Source of the DNA: Pseudidiomarina andamanensis
GTDB lineage: Bacteria > Pseudomonadota > Gammaproteobacteria > Enterobacterales > Alteromonadaceae
NCBI RefSeq assembly: GCF_009734345.1
Contig: NZ_CP032551.1
Coordinates: forward strand, 1,290,001-1,322,000
Length of the DNA stretch: 32,000 bases
Reading direction: 5' to 3'
A program made the position numbers and the translations under genes. Position 1 is the first letter of the stretch; each line of letters starts with the position of its first letter. The notes under the pieces are model-generated. The model ran no database searches. It saw only the letters and a program-made list of their open reading frames with translations, and had not been told where the DNA came from. Positions 11,352 to 18,927 of this stretch are shown here, piece after piece.

Positions 11352-12296
11352 TTAGAACTTATGTTCGATACCTAACGCTAAATAGCTTTGGTTCACATCG
11401 ATAGAATCTAAATCACGACCGGTATACCAAGTGTAAACTTTCGTGTTTTTACCAAGCTTGTAATCAACACCGGCTGCCAACGAGGTTTGCTCGCCGTCTA
11501 CGCTGAAGTCCATACGCTGGAATTGCGCTTTGAACGTGAAGTTTTGATATGGGTATTTAACGCTTGCAACGTAACCATCCGCTTCGGCTGTGCCATCAAC
11601 TTTTTCTTGTTGTTGCCACATTAAACCGACAACGGCCGATGCTAATTTGGTGTAACCAACAACACGCTCAATGTCATAGCCATCAACTTTACGGTCAATC
11701 GCACCGCCTAAATAGAATGACGTGTCATCAAGACCTTCGTCACCGTAGCTGACTGCAGTTGAGATACCGTCGTCGACCAATGGGTCATCGCTCGCGGTAT
11801 AACTGACTTGGAAGCGCACTTGATTAAACGCTGGTGAATAATAGCTCACAGTATTGCTAAGACGATTTTCACCTTCGAATAAGGCTTTAACGTCGGCCTC
11901 ATAGTCGCTGAACACATCGATATCGCCTTGAATTGTTTTCAATACCGTGTCACGACGGCCAATGGTGATTTCACCAAAGTTGCCTTTCAAACCAATGTAC
12001 TGGTTACGTGATTTTAAGTTATCTGAACCACCAATATCAGCAACATCAACTTGCCACTCGAGCTTATAGATAACTTCTAAGTCGTCATTCAGTTGAGCGC
12101 CGCCTTGAATACCAAAGCGCGATGAATTTGATACCACATCGGTTTGTGAACCGTTACCGTCGTCAAGGTCATTACTTTGCAACGATACGTTAATTTTACC
12201 GTAGATATCCCACGTTAACGGTTGCTCTTCAGCAACAACTGCAGATGAGCCCAATGCGAGAATTGCTGGAACAGTTATCAATAAAGTTTTTTTCAT
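11352..12296 (-). CDS. Outer-membrane general porin (Gram-negative porin family)
   Basis: The signal peptide is MKKTLLITVPAILALGSSAVVA. The protein shows an alternating beta-strand pattern, is rich in D/G/Y, and ends in the terminal aromatic ...GIEHKF typical of OMP barrels. I moved the start from the ORF-track 12344 to the ATG at 12296. Confidence 0.8.
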   Translation of the reverse strand: MKKTLLITVPAILALGSSAVVAEEQPLTWDIYGKINVSLQSNDLDDGNGSQTDVVSNSSRFGIQGGAQLNDDLEVIYKLEWQVDVADIGGSDNLKSRNQYIGLKGNFGEITIGRRDTVLKTIQGDIDVFSDYEADVKALFEGENRLSNTVSYYSPAFNQVRFQVSYTASDDPLVDDGISTAVSYGDEGLDDTSFYLGGAIDRKVDGYDIERVVGYTKLASAVVGLMWQQQEKVDGTAEADGYVASVKYPYQNFTFKAQFQRMDFSVDGEQTSLAAGVDYKLGKNTKVYTWYTGRDLDSIDVNQSYLALGIEHKF

Positions 12297-12367
12297 AACA
12301 TAGCCGACTAAATATAGGTGAACACTCTGTGGACTATAGACCACACCCCCGATTTAGGCGCTATGTT

Positions 12368-12404
12368 ATATCAGAAATATGACAGTTTCATGACTATGTG
12401 TCAG
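12368..12404 (-). promoter_or_regulatory. Phased TGWCA repeat cluster (Pho-box-like) upstream of the porin gene
   Basis: The minus strand reads CTGACAC-a-TAGTCAT-gaaa-CTGTCAT-attt-CTGATAT. The last three 7-mers are spaced exactly 11 bp apart. CTGTCAT-ATTT matches the E. coli Pho box unit CTGTCAT(A/T)4. The cluster ends 72 nt upstream of the porin ATG. Confidence 0.4.
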
Positions 12405-12430
12405 TTTTTTGTCTTTTTTATGGCATTCGC

Positions 12431-12448
12431 ATGACGCTTATATGTCAG
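12431..12448 (-). promoter_or_regulatory. Second, distal Pho-box-like dyad of direct repeats
   Basis: The minus strand reads CTGACAT-ataa-GCGTCAT (two 7-mers at 11-bp spacing). It overlaps the stop codon of the TPR gene and lies about 135 nt upstream of the porin ATG. Confidence 0.3.
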
Positions 12449-13697
12449 CACGTAATTCCTGTAATCGATTTTGCTGTTCCTGCTCTGCCTGAGCGTAGCG
12501 TTCCCATTGACTTGCTGACTTACGTGCATCGTCAAATTTCTTCGCTACGGCAAACGCTTGCAGCGCTGCATTGAAGTTTTCTAGATTCAATTCTGCCATT
12601 CCGATGACGAGATGCATGGTACCTGGCTGTTTCAAATCACCTTTTTCAAGCGCTGCTTGTGCGGCAATAATCGCATCTTTGTTGCGTTCAGCATTGAGTA
12701 ATAAGGTTGCGCGTTGTGCGTCAAGTTCACCATCGTCGCTTAGCGCTGCTGCCGCCAAAAGCGCTGCGCTAGCTTTATCGGTTTCACGTGCCGCTACCCA
12801 GGCTTGCGCTAGTAGTTTCAAATGACGTAAGTTGCGTTCAACCGCGCCCTGTTCTAACGCCTGCTCGAGAACCTGACCTGCCTTGTACGGAACATCATTA
12901 AAAAAGTAGGTTTGTGCCAAGTTCAGCAAGTCTTGCCCTTTGGTAAGAAAGCCCTGCTGGAATGCGGTTTCTAACATAGCCAGTTGCTTGTTCTCTTGAC
13001 CTAATTGACCATAGACACCCGCTAACTGAACCCAATACTCAGGCTTATTGTAATAACGCACCATGTCTTCTAAAACGGCGGCAACACGCTTGGTGTCACC
13101 CAGTTCGAAATAAATTGCTCGCTGCAGTACCAGCCAGTTTTCTTCTGGAACTTGTTGCTTTGACTCAACTGTATCAATTGCCTTAGTTATCGGCGCTAAC
13201 GCAGCCTTATAGTCACCCTGTTGATACAGTGCTTGGGCTTTTAAAACCCAAGCTTTTTGATGTTGCTCTGGTGCGGTTACACGCTCCCATTTCTGCAAAT
13301 AATCAATTGTTTTCTCAAACTCGCCTTGGCCTAAAGCTAACTGCGCTAAACTGAACAGCGTGTTTTGCTCGAGTGCTTCTGGAATAGCTTCTTCTTCAAC
13401 CACTTTGGCGAAATACTCTATGGCTTTCGCAATGTTATCTTCACCGTAATACATATAGCCGTAGAAGTTCCAAAGCATGGCGCGCTCATAGCTGTTCATA
13501 CTGCTGAGCTTGCTTTCAACATTACGCAGTACGTCAAGCCCAGCGTTTACGTCGCCTTCGTCAGCGAGTTGCTGTGCGCGAGCTAATTGGCTGTAGACTT
13601 GCTCACGCAAGGCTGGGGTTTTCTTGCGCTCTTGCGCAACCGCAGACGAGTGAACAAAAACCGTAATAAGTGCAGCGACGATGATGAAATAACGCAT
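12438..13697 (-). CDS. ttpD: Periplasmic TPR-repeat protein, TonB2-system TtpD-like
   Basis: 419 aa. It has the signal peptide MRYFIIVAALITVFVHSSAVA and multiple TPR-like A/L/Y/Q-rich helical repeats. It is the last gene of the TonB2-type operon, 11 nt after tonB. Confidence 0.7.
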   Translation of the reverse strand: MRYFIIVAALITVFVHSSAVAQERKKTPALREQVYSQLARAQQLADEGDVNAGLDVLRNVESKLSSMNSYERAMLWNFYGYMYYGEDNIAKAIEYFAKVVEEEAIPEALEQNTLFSLAQLALGQGEFEKTIDYLQKWERVTAPEQHQKAWVLKAQALYQQGDYKAALAPITKAIDTVESKQQVPEENWLVLQRAIYFELGDTKRVAAVLEDMVRYYNKPEYWVQLAGVYGQLGQENKQLAMLETAFQQGFLTKGQDLLNLAQTYFFNDVPYKAGQVLEQALEQGAVERNLRHLKLLAQAWVAARETDKASAALLAAAALSDDGELDAQRATLLLNAERNKDAIIAAQAALEKGDLKQPGTMHLVIGMAELNLENFNAALQAFAVAKKFDDARKSASQWERYAQAEQEQQNRLQELRADI

Positions 13698-13708
13698 AAG
13701 ATTGTCTC

Positions 13709-14317
13709 CTAACCATCAATGGCGAATGTTAGACGGTTCTGAACCCCTTCAACTTCAACAGGTTCACCGTTCACAACGCGTGGTTTGTACTTAAACTTAA
13801 GCACCGCATCCATGGCTGCTTGGTCAAAAATATTCTCTGGCTGAGCTTCAATCACATAAGGATCACGCACCGTGCCTTGCTTAGTCACGGTAAAGCCCAC
13901 CACAACATAGCCTTCAATGCCTCGTTGTAGCGCACGACGCGGATACACCGCTTGCACTTTGACAATCGGCAGATATTCACCGTCACTGGTGTCTAAACCG
14001 ACGCCACCTGACAAGCTCGTGTCAGCTTGAATCTCCGCAGAGAAATCGAATCCCGCCGCATCCGCATCCATGGATTCATTTTGCATTTGTGGCTGCGGCA
14101 TATCCGGTGGTGGCTGTTCAGGCTCTGGTGGACGCTGCGGCTTACGCTCTTTTTGCTGCACAACTTCTTCAGGCTTCACGCGAACAAAGTCGAGAACACT
14201 GCCTTTAGGTGGTTCTGACATTGCCCCTTCACCGCCTACAATCAACGATTGCATGAGGTAAAACAGCCCTGCAGTTATAGCAAAAGCGGCGACGAGTGCG
14301 AGCAGTACACGTTTCAT
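13709..14317 (-). CDS. tonB: Energy transducer TonB
   Basis: 202 aa. It has an N-terminal TM anchor, a Pro-rich spacer (KPQRPPEPEQPPPDMPQPQ), and a C-terminal TonB domain (YPRRALQRGIEGYVVVGFTV...). Confidence 0.88.
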   Translation of the reverse strand: MKRVLLALVAAFAITAGLFYLMQSLIVGGEGAMSEPPKGSVLDFVRVKPEEVVQQKERKPQRPPEPEQPPPDMPQPQMQNESMDADAAGFDFSAEIQADTSLSGGVGLDTSDGEYLPIVKVQAVYPRRALQRGIEGYVVVGFTVTKQGTVRDPYVIEAQPENIFDQAAMDAVLKFKYKPRVVNGEPVEVEGVQNRLTFAIDG

Positions 14318-14319
14318 AA

Positions 14320-14727
14320 CTAGTCTTCTTGCGTTGCAATGGAGACATCAAAGACACCAGCAGCACGAGCGGCATCCATCACTTTAATTAAGGTTTCGGT
14401 GGTCGCTTTTTTATCGGCTTGAATCACCACCGAACCTTGCGGGTTTTCAGCATACAAACGCTCAATGTTTGCTTGCACCGCACGGGCATCAACCTGGCGC
14501 TTGTTAATCCAGATTTCACCGGTATCACTGATGGCAACCAAAATATTGGCGCGATCTTTTTGCACCGCAGTTGCCGCTTCTGGACGGTTCACATCAATGC
14601 CCGACTCTTTCACAAATGAGGCGGTAACGATAAAAAAGATCAGCATGATGAAGACAACGTCAAGCATTGGCGTCATGTCAATTTGTGCTTCTTCTTCATC
14701 AACTAAATTTGCAAAATGTTGTTTCAT
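14320..14727 (-). CDS. exbD: Biopolymer transport protein ExbD/TolR family
   Basis: 135 aa. It has a single N-terminal TM with MTPMLDVVFIMLIFFIV, typical of ExbD. Its stop is 2 nt before the tonB start. Confidence 0.9.
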   Translation of the reverse strand: MKQHFANLVDEEEAQIDMTPMLDVVFIMLIFFIVTASFVKESGIDVNRPEAATAVQKDRANILVAISDTGEIWINKRQVDARAVQANIERLYAENPQGSVVIQADKKATTETLIKVMDAARAAGVFDVSIATQED

Positions 14728-14739
14728 TGCGCCTTACCT

Positions 14740-15291
14740 CTATTTGCTAGCAAGCGATTGCGCGCTTGAGTGATCGAGTAACAAACGATCTTCTAATTTG
14801 AGCCGTTCACGTTTTGCGGTGCGCTGTAGCCAGGTTGTTGCAAACACACCAGATAGCGCACCAACCATACCTGCCATGGTCGGAATTGTGGCTTTCGATA
14901 CACCGGCCGCCATGGAACGAGCATTGCCGGTACCTGCAACCGCCATCACATCGAACACTTCAATCATGCCGGTTACTGTTCCCATCAAACCAAGCAGTGG
15001 ACATAACGCCACCATGGCTTGCAGGATGGGTAGGTTGCCGCCTAAAGCAATCGACACGCGCGAGATAATCGCACCACGAATTTGTTCAGCCTGCCATGAC
15101 GAACGGTCAGCACGATTATTCCAGTTCGCCAAAGCTGCTTTTGTTGCTTGGCGATGACCGCGTAAGTAGTAGAAGATACGCTCTAAAATCATCAGCCACA
15201 TGACGAAAATAAGTACCCCGATAACCAGCAGCACATTGCCGCCGGTTTCGATGAAATCTTGAATAGCATTGCTGAATTCGAGCAGAAACAT
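14740..15291 (-). CDS. exbB: MotA/TolQ/ExbB proton-channel protein (short ExbB)
   Basis: 183 aa with three TM segments and the conserved C-terminal channel region (LLGLMGTVTGMIEVF ... ATIPTMAGMV). Confidence 0.88.
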   Translation of the reverse strand: MFLLEFSNAIQDFIETGGNVLLVIGVLIFVMWLMILERIFYYLRGHRQATKAALANWNNRADRSSWQAEQIRGAIISRVSIALGGNLPILQAMVALCPLLGLMGTVTGMIEVFDVMAVAGTGNARSMAAGVSKATIPTMAGMVGALSGVFATTWLQRTAKRERLKLEDRLLLDHSSAQSLASK

Positions 15292-15293
15292 GA

Positions 15294-16661
15294 TTAGTGA
15301 CTCCGCTCAGAGCGCTCCGCAATAATGCCTGAGGCTTGTTCTTGCAGCACATGCACGATGTTGCGGCTACGCGTGTTCAAGGTTGCGAACAGCAAGGTCA
15401 TTGGAATGGCAACCACAAGGCCGAGTACAGTTGTTACCAAGGCTTGTGAAATACCACCCGCCATCAGTTTCGGGTCACCCGTACCAAACAAGGTGATGGC
15501 TTGGAAGGTATTGATCATACCGGTAACCGTACCTAACAGACCCATCAATGGTGCAACCACCGAGATGATCTTAATGAACGTGAGGTTTCGCTGAATTTTT
15601 GGCACTTCACGCAGAATGGCTTCGCTAAGTTTCAGCTCCAAAGTTTCGGTATCAACATCAGGATACTTTCGTTGCACAGCCATCACACGACCCAATGGAT
15701 TGTCTTCTCGGGCTTCAGTTTGCTTCATTTGACGCTTCACTTTGCCGCCCATCAGCGTCAGCGTGATAAAGCGCTCAACAGCGATCAATAAACCAATCAC
15801 ACCAAGTGCAAGAATGATGTAACCAACCGTACCGCCTTGATCGATGCGCTCGCCTAAATCAGGCGCTTGCACCAAAAGGCCAAGAATTGAGCCGCCCGTT
15901 GGGTCCATTGCAAACTTGACAGGGTTTTCGTCTGCTTGCTCTAAGGCAGTCACTGTATCCAAGTAACGACCAGATGGCTGACGAATTAATTCAGCGACGG
16001 TATCGGTACCTGGCACCAGTTCAAGATACTGACCATCGGCAACCATGTTGAAGGTACCAACGCGAGTTACTTGCTTGGTAACCTTCTCACCATTCGCGAG
16101 CGTCACTTCGGTATCAAACTGACTGACTTTGCCTGACTCCGCCATTTCTTGGAGTAGTGCCAACCAAACTGATTCAATTTCTTCAATGGAAGCCAACTTA
16201 GAGCTGCTACCCATTTTTTGAGCGAGGTCACTGAGCTGTTCGCTGCGGCCAGGAAACTCAACCGAAACAAACGATGTTTGTAATTTGCTGCTCGTATCGC
16301 CAGCAACTTGTTGCAACACGCCAAAGAGTTCACGAAGCGAGCCCATGCGTTGCGTTAATGTATCGGTTAGGCCGGCAAGCTCAATCTCGTTTTTCTCAAA
16401 ATTCGTTTCGAGCGTTTCGCTGAGTTTTTCTAACCGGTCTCGTTCAGCAATCGCTTCACGAAGAATTCGCGCTTGTTCGTTCGCTTCCGCGCGAAAACGT
16501 GCTTCGCGTTGCTTGTTTTCTTCGGTTTGTTCGAATTGACCTTGCTGAAGTTGTTGCAACAACTGGTCGAGATTAATTGGGTCTTGCGGTGCGCTCAGCG
16601 CTTGCTGAGAAATCAATAACGCTGTTGCCGCTAAGGTACCTGTCAGAATTTGCTTCAACAT
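15294..16661 (-). CDS. ttpC: Long MotA/TolQ/ExbB family protein, TonB2-system TtpC-like
   Basis: 455 aa. It has a signal/anchor, a long periplasmic coiled-coil-rich domain, and a C-terminal MotA/TolQ/ExbB module (LMGLLGTVTGMINTF). This architecture and position match TtpC of Vibrio TonB2 clusters. Confidence 0.8.
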   Translation of the reverse strand: MLKQILTGTLAATALLISQQALSAPQDPINLDQLLQQLQQGQFEQTEENKQREARFRAEANEQARILREAIAERDRLEKLSETLETNFEKNEIELAGLTDTLTQRMGSLRELFGVLQQVAGDTSSKLQTSFVSVEFPGRSEQLSDLAQKMGSSSKLASIEEIESVWLALLQEMAESGKVSQFDTEVTLANGEKVTKQVTRVGTFNMVADGQYLELVPGTDTVAELIRQPSGRYLDTVTALEQADENPVKFAMDPTGGSILGLLVQAPDLGERIDQGGTVGYIILALGVIGLLIAVERFITLTLMGGKVKRQMKQTEAREDNPLGRVMAVQRKYPDVDTETLELKLSEAILREVPKIQRNLTFIKIISVVAPLMGLLGTVTGMINTFQAITLFGTGDPKLMAGGISQALVTTVLGLVVAIPMTLLFATLNTRSRNIVHVLQEQASGIIAERSERSH

Positions 16662-16663
16662 GG

Positions 16664-17437
16664 TTATTCTCCAGCACCGTTAGTTTGAGTAAAAACAGGA
16701 AGCATCAATAAATCTGGCGCAAGCTGTTTACGTGCCACGCGAATCGCTTCTTGCACGTTGCTTGCATAGCTTGAATCAAGTGGTTGCCATTCACGCTGCT
16801 GTTGATTCCAAACGCCCATGGTTGAACCATCGCGCGTTTTATAAAGCAATACGGTGCGCCCCATACGCAAGAACTCGACGTCTTGGCTTTGCCCATCAAC
16901 GGTCATTTCGCCGTTATACGCTTCAATATTGCGACCGTAGTCGGCTTCAATTTGGAACGCTTCCATTACGCGACGGAATTTCTCAGAAACATCTACGTCA
17001 GCTCGGTCCATCAAATCACGCAAGCTCGCAACGCGTTCTGCGCGCTCTTCAGGTAAAAATGGCACATCTAATTCAACGAATTTGGCAAGGCTGTCAATCA
17101 TACGCAGCATGAGTGGGGTAATTTGACGCTCTACCACGCTCACTTCATCAATGGAGCTGTTGAGTTCGTCTTTTTCAACCAATTGCGCATCAAGTTGCTT
17201 CTGCAGTTGCTGGGTATATACCTCAAGCCCCTGAATTTGGCGGGTGATTTGCTTATATTGCTGAATACGCTCTTGCGTCGAATCCGCAATTTTTTCAACG
17301 GTCAGCTGAGATGATTTGGCTGCTGCGTTAATTTTATTCGCAGCATCAACCACCGGCTCTAGTGACTGTTCTTGCGCAAAAACGGGCGCACTGGCAAAAG
17401 CCAGGAGAATCACTGAGGAAATTAAGGAATGCTTCAT
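16664..17437 (-). CDS. ttpB: Periplasmic coiled-coil protein, DUF3450/TtpB-like; first gene of the TonB2-type operon
   Basis: 257 aa with the signal peptide MKHSLISSVILLAFASAPVFA and a Q/E/L-rich coiled coil. Its position immediately upstream of the long MotA/TolQ/ExbB gene (2-nt gap) matches known TonB2 clusters. Confidence 0.7.
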   Translation of the reverse strand: MKHSLISSVILLAFASAPVFAQEQSLEPVVDAANKINAAAKSSQLTVEKIADSTQERIQQYKQITRQIQGLEVYTQQLQKQLDAQLVEKDELNSSIDEVSVVERQITPLMLRMIDSLAKFVELDVPFLPEERAERVASLRDLMDRADVDVSEKFRRVMEAFQIEADYGRNIEAYNGEMTVDGQSQDVEFLRMGRTVLLYKTRDGSTMGVWNQQQREWQPLDSSYASNVQEAIRVARKQLAPDLLMLPVFTQTNGAGE

Positions 17438-17473
17438 AACAATACCTTGCGCATCTAATGAATGATGCTGGGC

Positions 17474-17528
17474 AAGATACTGCAGTTATGTGACAGCTTG
17501 GTGACTGTATTGTGTCAGTTATGTGTCA
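17474..17528 (-). promoter_or_regulatory. Five tandem 11-bp units with TGWCA cores (Pho-box/OmpR-family-like operator array) upstream of the TonB2 operon
   Basis: The minus strand reads TGACACATAAC | TGACACAATAC | AGTCACCAAGC | TGTCACATAAC | TGCAGTATCTT, exactly 5 x 11 bp. It contains CTGTCAC-ataa-CTGCAGT and CAGTCAC-caag-CTGTCAC. The array ends 36 nt upstream of the ttpB ATG. Its distal end overlaps the last codons and stop of the MscS-family gene. Confidence 0.45.
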
Positions 17529-18799
17529 TTATGACGGTTTTGTTTGATTTCTGTGACCATCTCGCGCATATCAACGCCGCTAGGGTGCTGAAATACGCGT
17601 AGCCCAAATTCCGGGAGGATTGATATCAAGTGGTCAAAAATATCCGATTGAATGCCTTCGTAGGCGACCCACTCAGTTGTTGCGGTAAAGCAATATACCT
17701 CAAGCGGTAACCCATCGGCCGTCGGATTTAACTGACGCACCATCATCGTCATTTCTTGATGAATGTGCTGGTGGTTTTTCAAGTACTGCAATACATAGGC
17801 ACGGAAGGTGCCGATATTACTGATTCGACGGGTATTAACTGGCTCCTTGCCTTCTTCTTTTAATTGTTGGTTCCAATCATCAATTTCTTGCTGCTTATTC
17901 TTTAAGTAGTCTTTTAATAAACGAAAACGATGGAGCTTTTCTTCTTCGTCTTTTGATAAAAAATGCACACTATTTTGATCAAGCATCAGACTGCGTTTGA
18001 TTCGCCGCCCACCAGACTCTTGCATGCCCCGCCAGTTTTTAAACGGATCAGAGATAAAGCGCTTGGTCGGAATGGTTGAGATGGTTTTATCCCAGTTCTG
18101 CACTTTCACCGTGTGCAAGGCAATATCTTTTACATCGCCGTCAACATTAAGGTTTGGCATTTCGACCCAGTCACCAACTCGAATAATGTCATTGGAAGTA
18201 ATTTGAACACTGGCGACAAGTGATAAGAGCGTATCTTGAAAAACCAACATCAATACCGCGGCCATCGCACCAAGACCTGACAGCAAGATAACCGGCGAAC
18301 GGTCAATTAAGGCAGCGACAATAAGAATGGCGGCAACAGCGTAAATCGCAATTTTGACGACCTGTATGTAACCTTTAATTGGTTTCTCATGAGCATCAGG
18401 CTGTCGTTCGTAAACAGTGTTGACCACCGTCAATACCCCACTGATTGCTCGTGCAATGGTTAACACCACAAAGGCATTACACACATTGCTGACCACAATC
18501 GTGAGTTCTTCTGGCAGGTTAGGAACTGAGCTTATGCCATAGGAGATAACAAGCGCTGGTACTACATTGGCTAAGCGCGCGATGATGTTGCGTTCAAATA
18601 ACTGACGATCTTTACCTGCAGGCGTGTAGGACAGCGCCGTCATTGCCCCACGCATGAGGATTTTTTTGACGACAAAATTCGCAATCCACGCCGCAACAAG
18701 TAATAAGGCTAATTTGACCATGGTGTCGATGTCGGCATGTTGCGACAACCATTCCTGCCAACTTTCGAGTTGCTCTTGCATGCTTGTAATAATGTCCAT
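17519..18799 (-). CDS. Mechanosensitive ion channel, MscS family (YbdG/MscM-like)
   Basis: About 426 aa with several N-terminal TM helices. It has the MscS beta-domain signature (VGDWVEMPNLNVDGDVKDIALHTVKVQNWDKTISTIPT). I prefer the ATG at 18799 (MDIITSMQ, preceded by AAGG) over the ORF-track start at 18862. Confidence 0.8.
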   Translation of the reverse strand: MDIITSMQEQLESWQEWLSQHADIDTMVKLALLLVAAWIANFVVKKILMRGAMTALSYTPAGKDRQLFERNIIARLANVVPALVISYGISSVPNLPEELTIVVSNVCNAFVVLTIARAISGVLTVVNTVYERQPDAHEKPIKGYIQVVKIAIYAVAAILIVAALIDRSPVILLSGLGAMAAVLMLVFQDTLLSLVASVQITSNDIIRVGDWVEMPNLNVDGDVKDIALHTVKVQNWDKTISTIPTKRFISDPFKNWRGMQESGGRRIKRSLMLDQNSVHFLSKDEEEKLHRFRLLKDYLKNKQQEIDDWNQQLKEEGKEPVNTRRISNIGTFRAYVLQYLKNHQHIHQEMTMMVRQLNPTADGLPLEVYCFTATTEWVAYEGIQSDIFDHLISILPEFGLRVFQHPSGVDMREMVTEIKQNRHNDT

Positions 18800-18927
18800 C
18801 GTCGCCCTTACCTTCAGCCTTTGAAGAGCCCCTAACATAGCCCAACAAGCCGCTTTTCTCAATCTTTCTCATATTGCGAACAAAGTTATTTTACAGTACC
18901 TTGTGTGAAAGCTTTCAAGGACTTTCA

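Noticed and set aside
14419-17314. Antisense ORFs across the TonB2 operon (14465-14773, 14798-15157, 15325-15594, 16285-16539, 16732-17112 and others)
   Set aside because: These are shadow ORFs opposite well-supported genes. They have no ribosome-binding sites and compositions typical of reverse frames.
17446-17470. Fur box upstream of the TonB2 operon (ctaatgaatgatgctg)
   Set aside because: Only about 7 of 13 positions match GATAATGATAATCATTATC in the best register, and there is no dyad symmetry. This is insufficient to call.
17487-17508. CRP site (TGTGAcagcttggTGACt)
   Set aside because: The second half is a direct rather than inverted repeat and does not match TCACA at N6 spacing. The region is better explained as part of the 11-bp phased repeat array.
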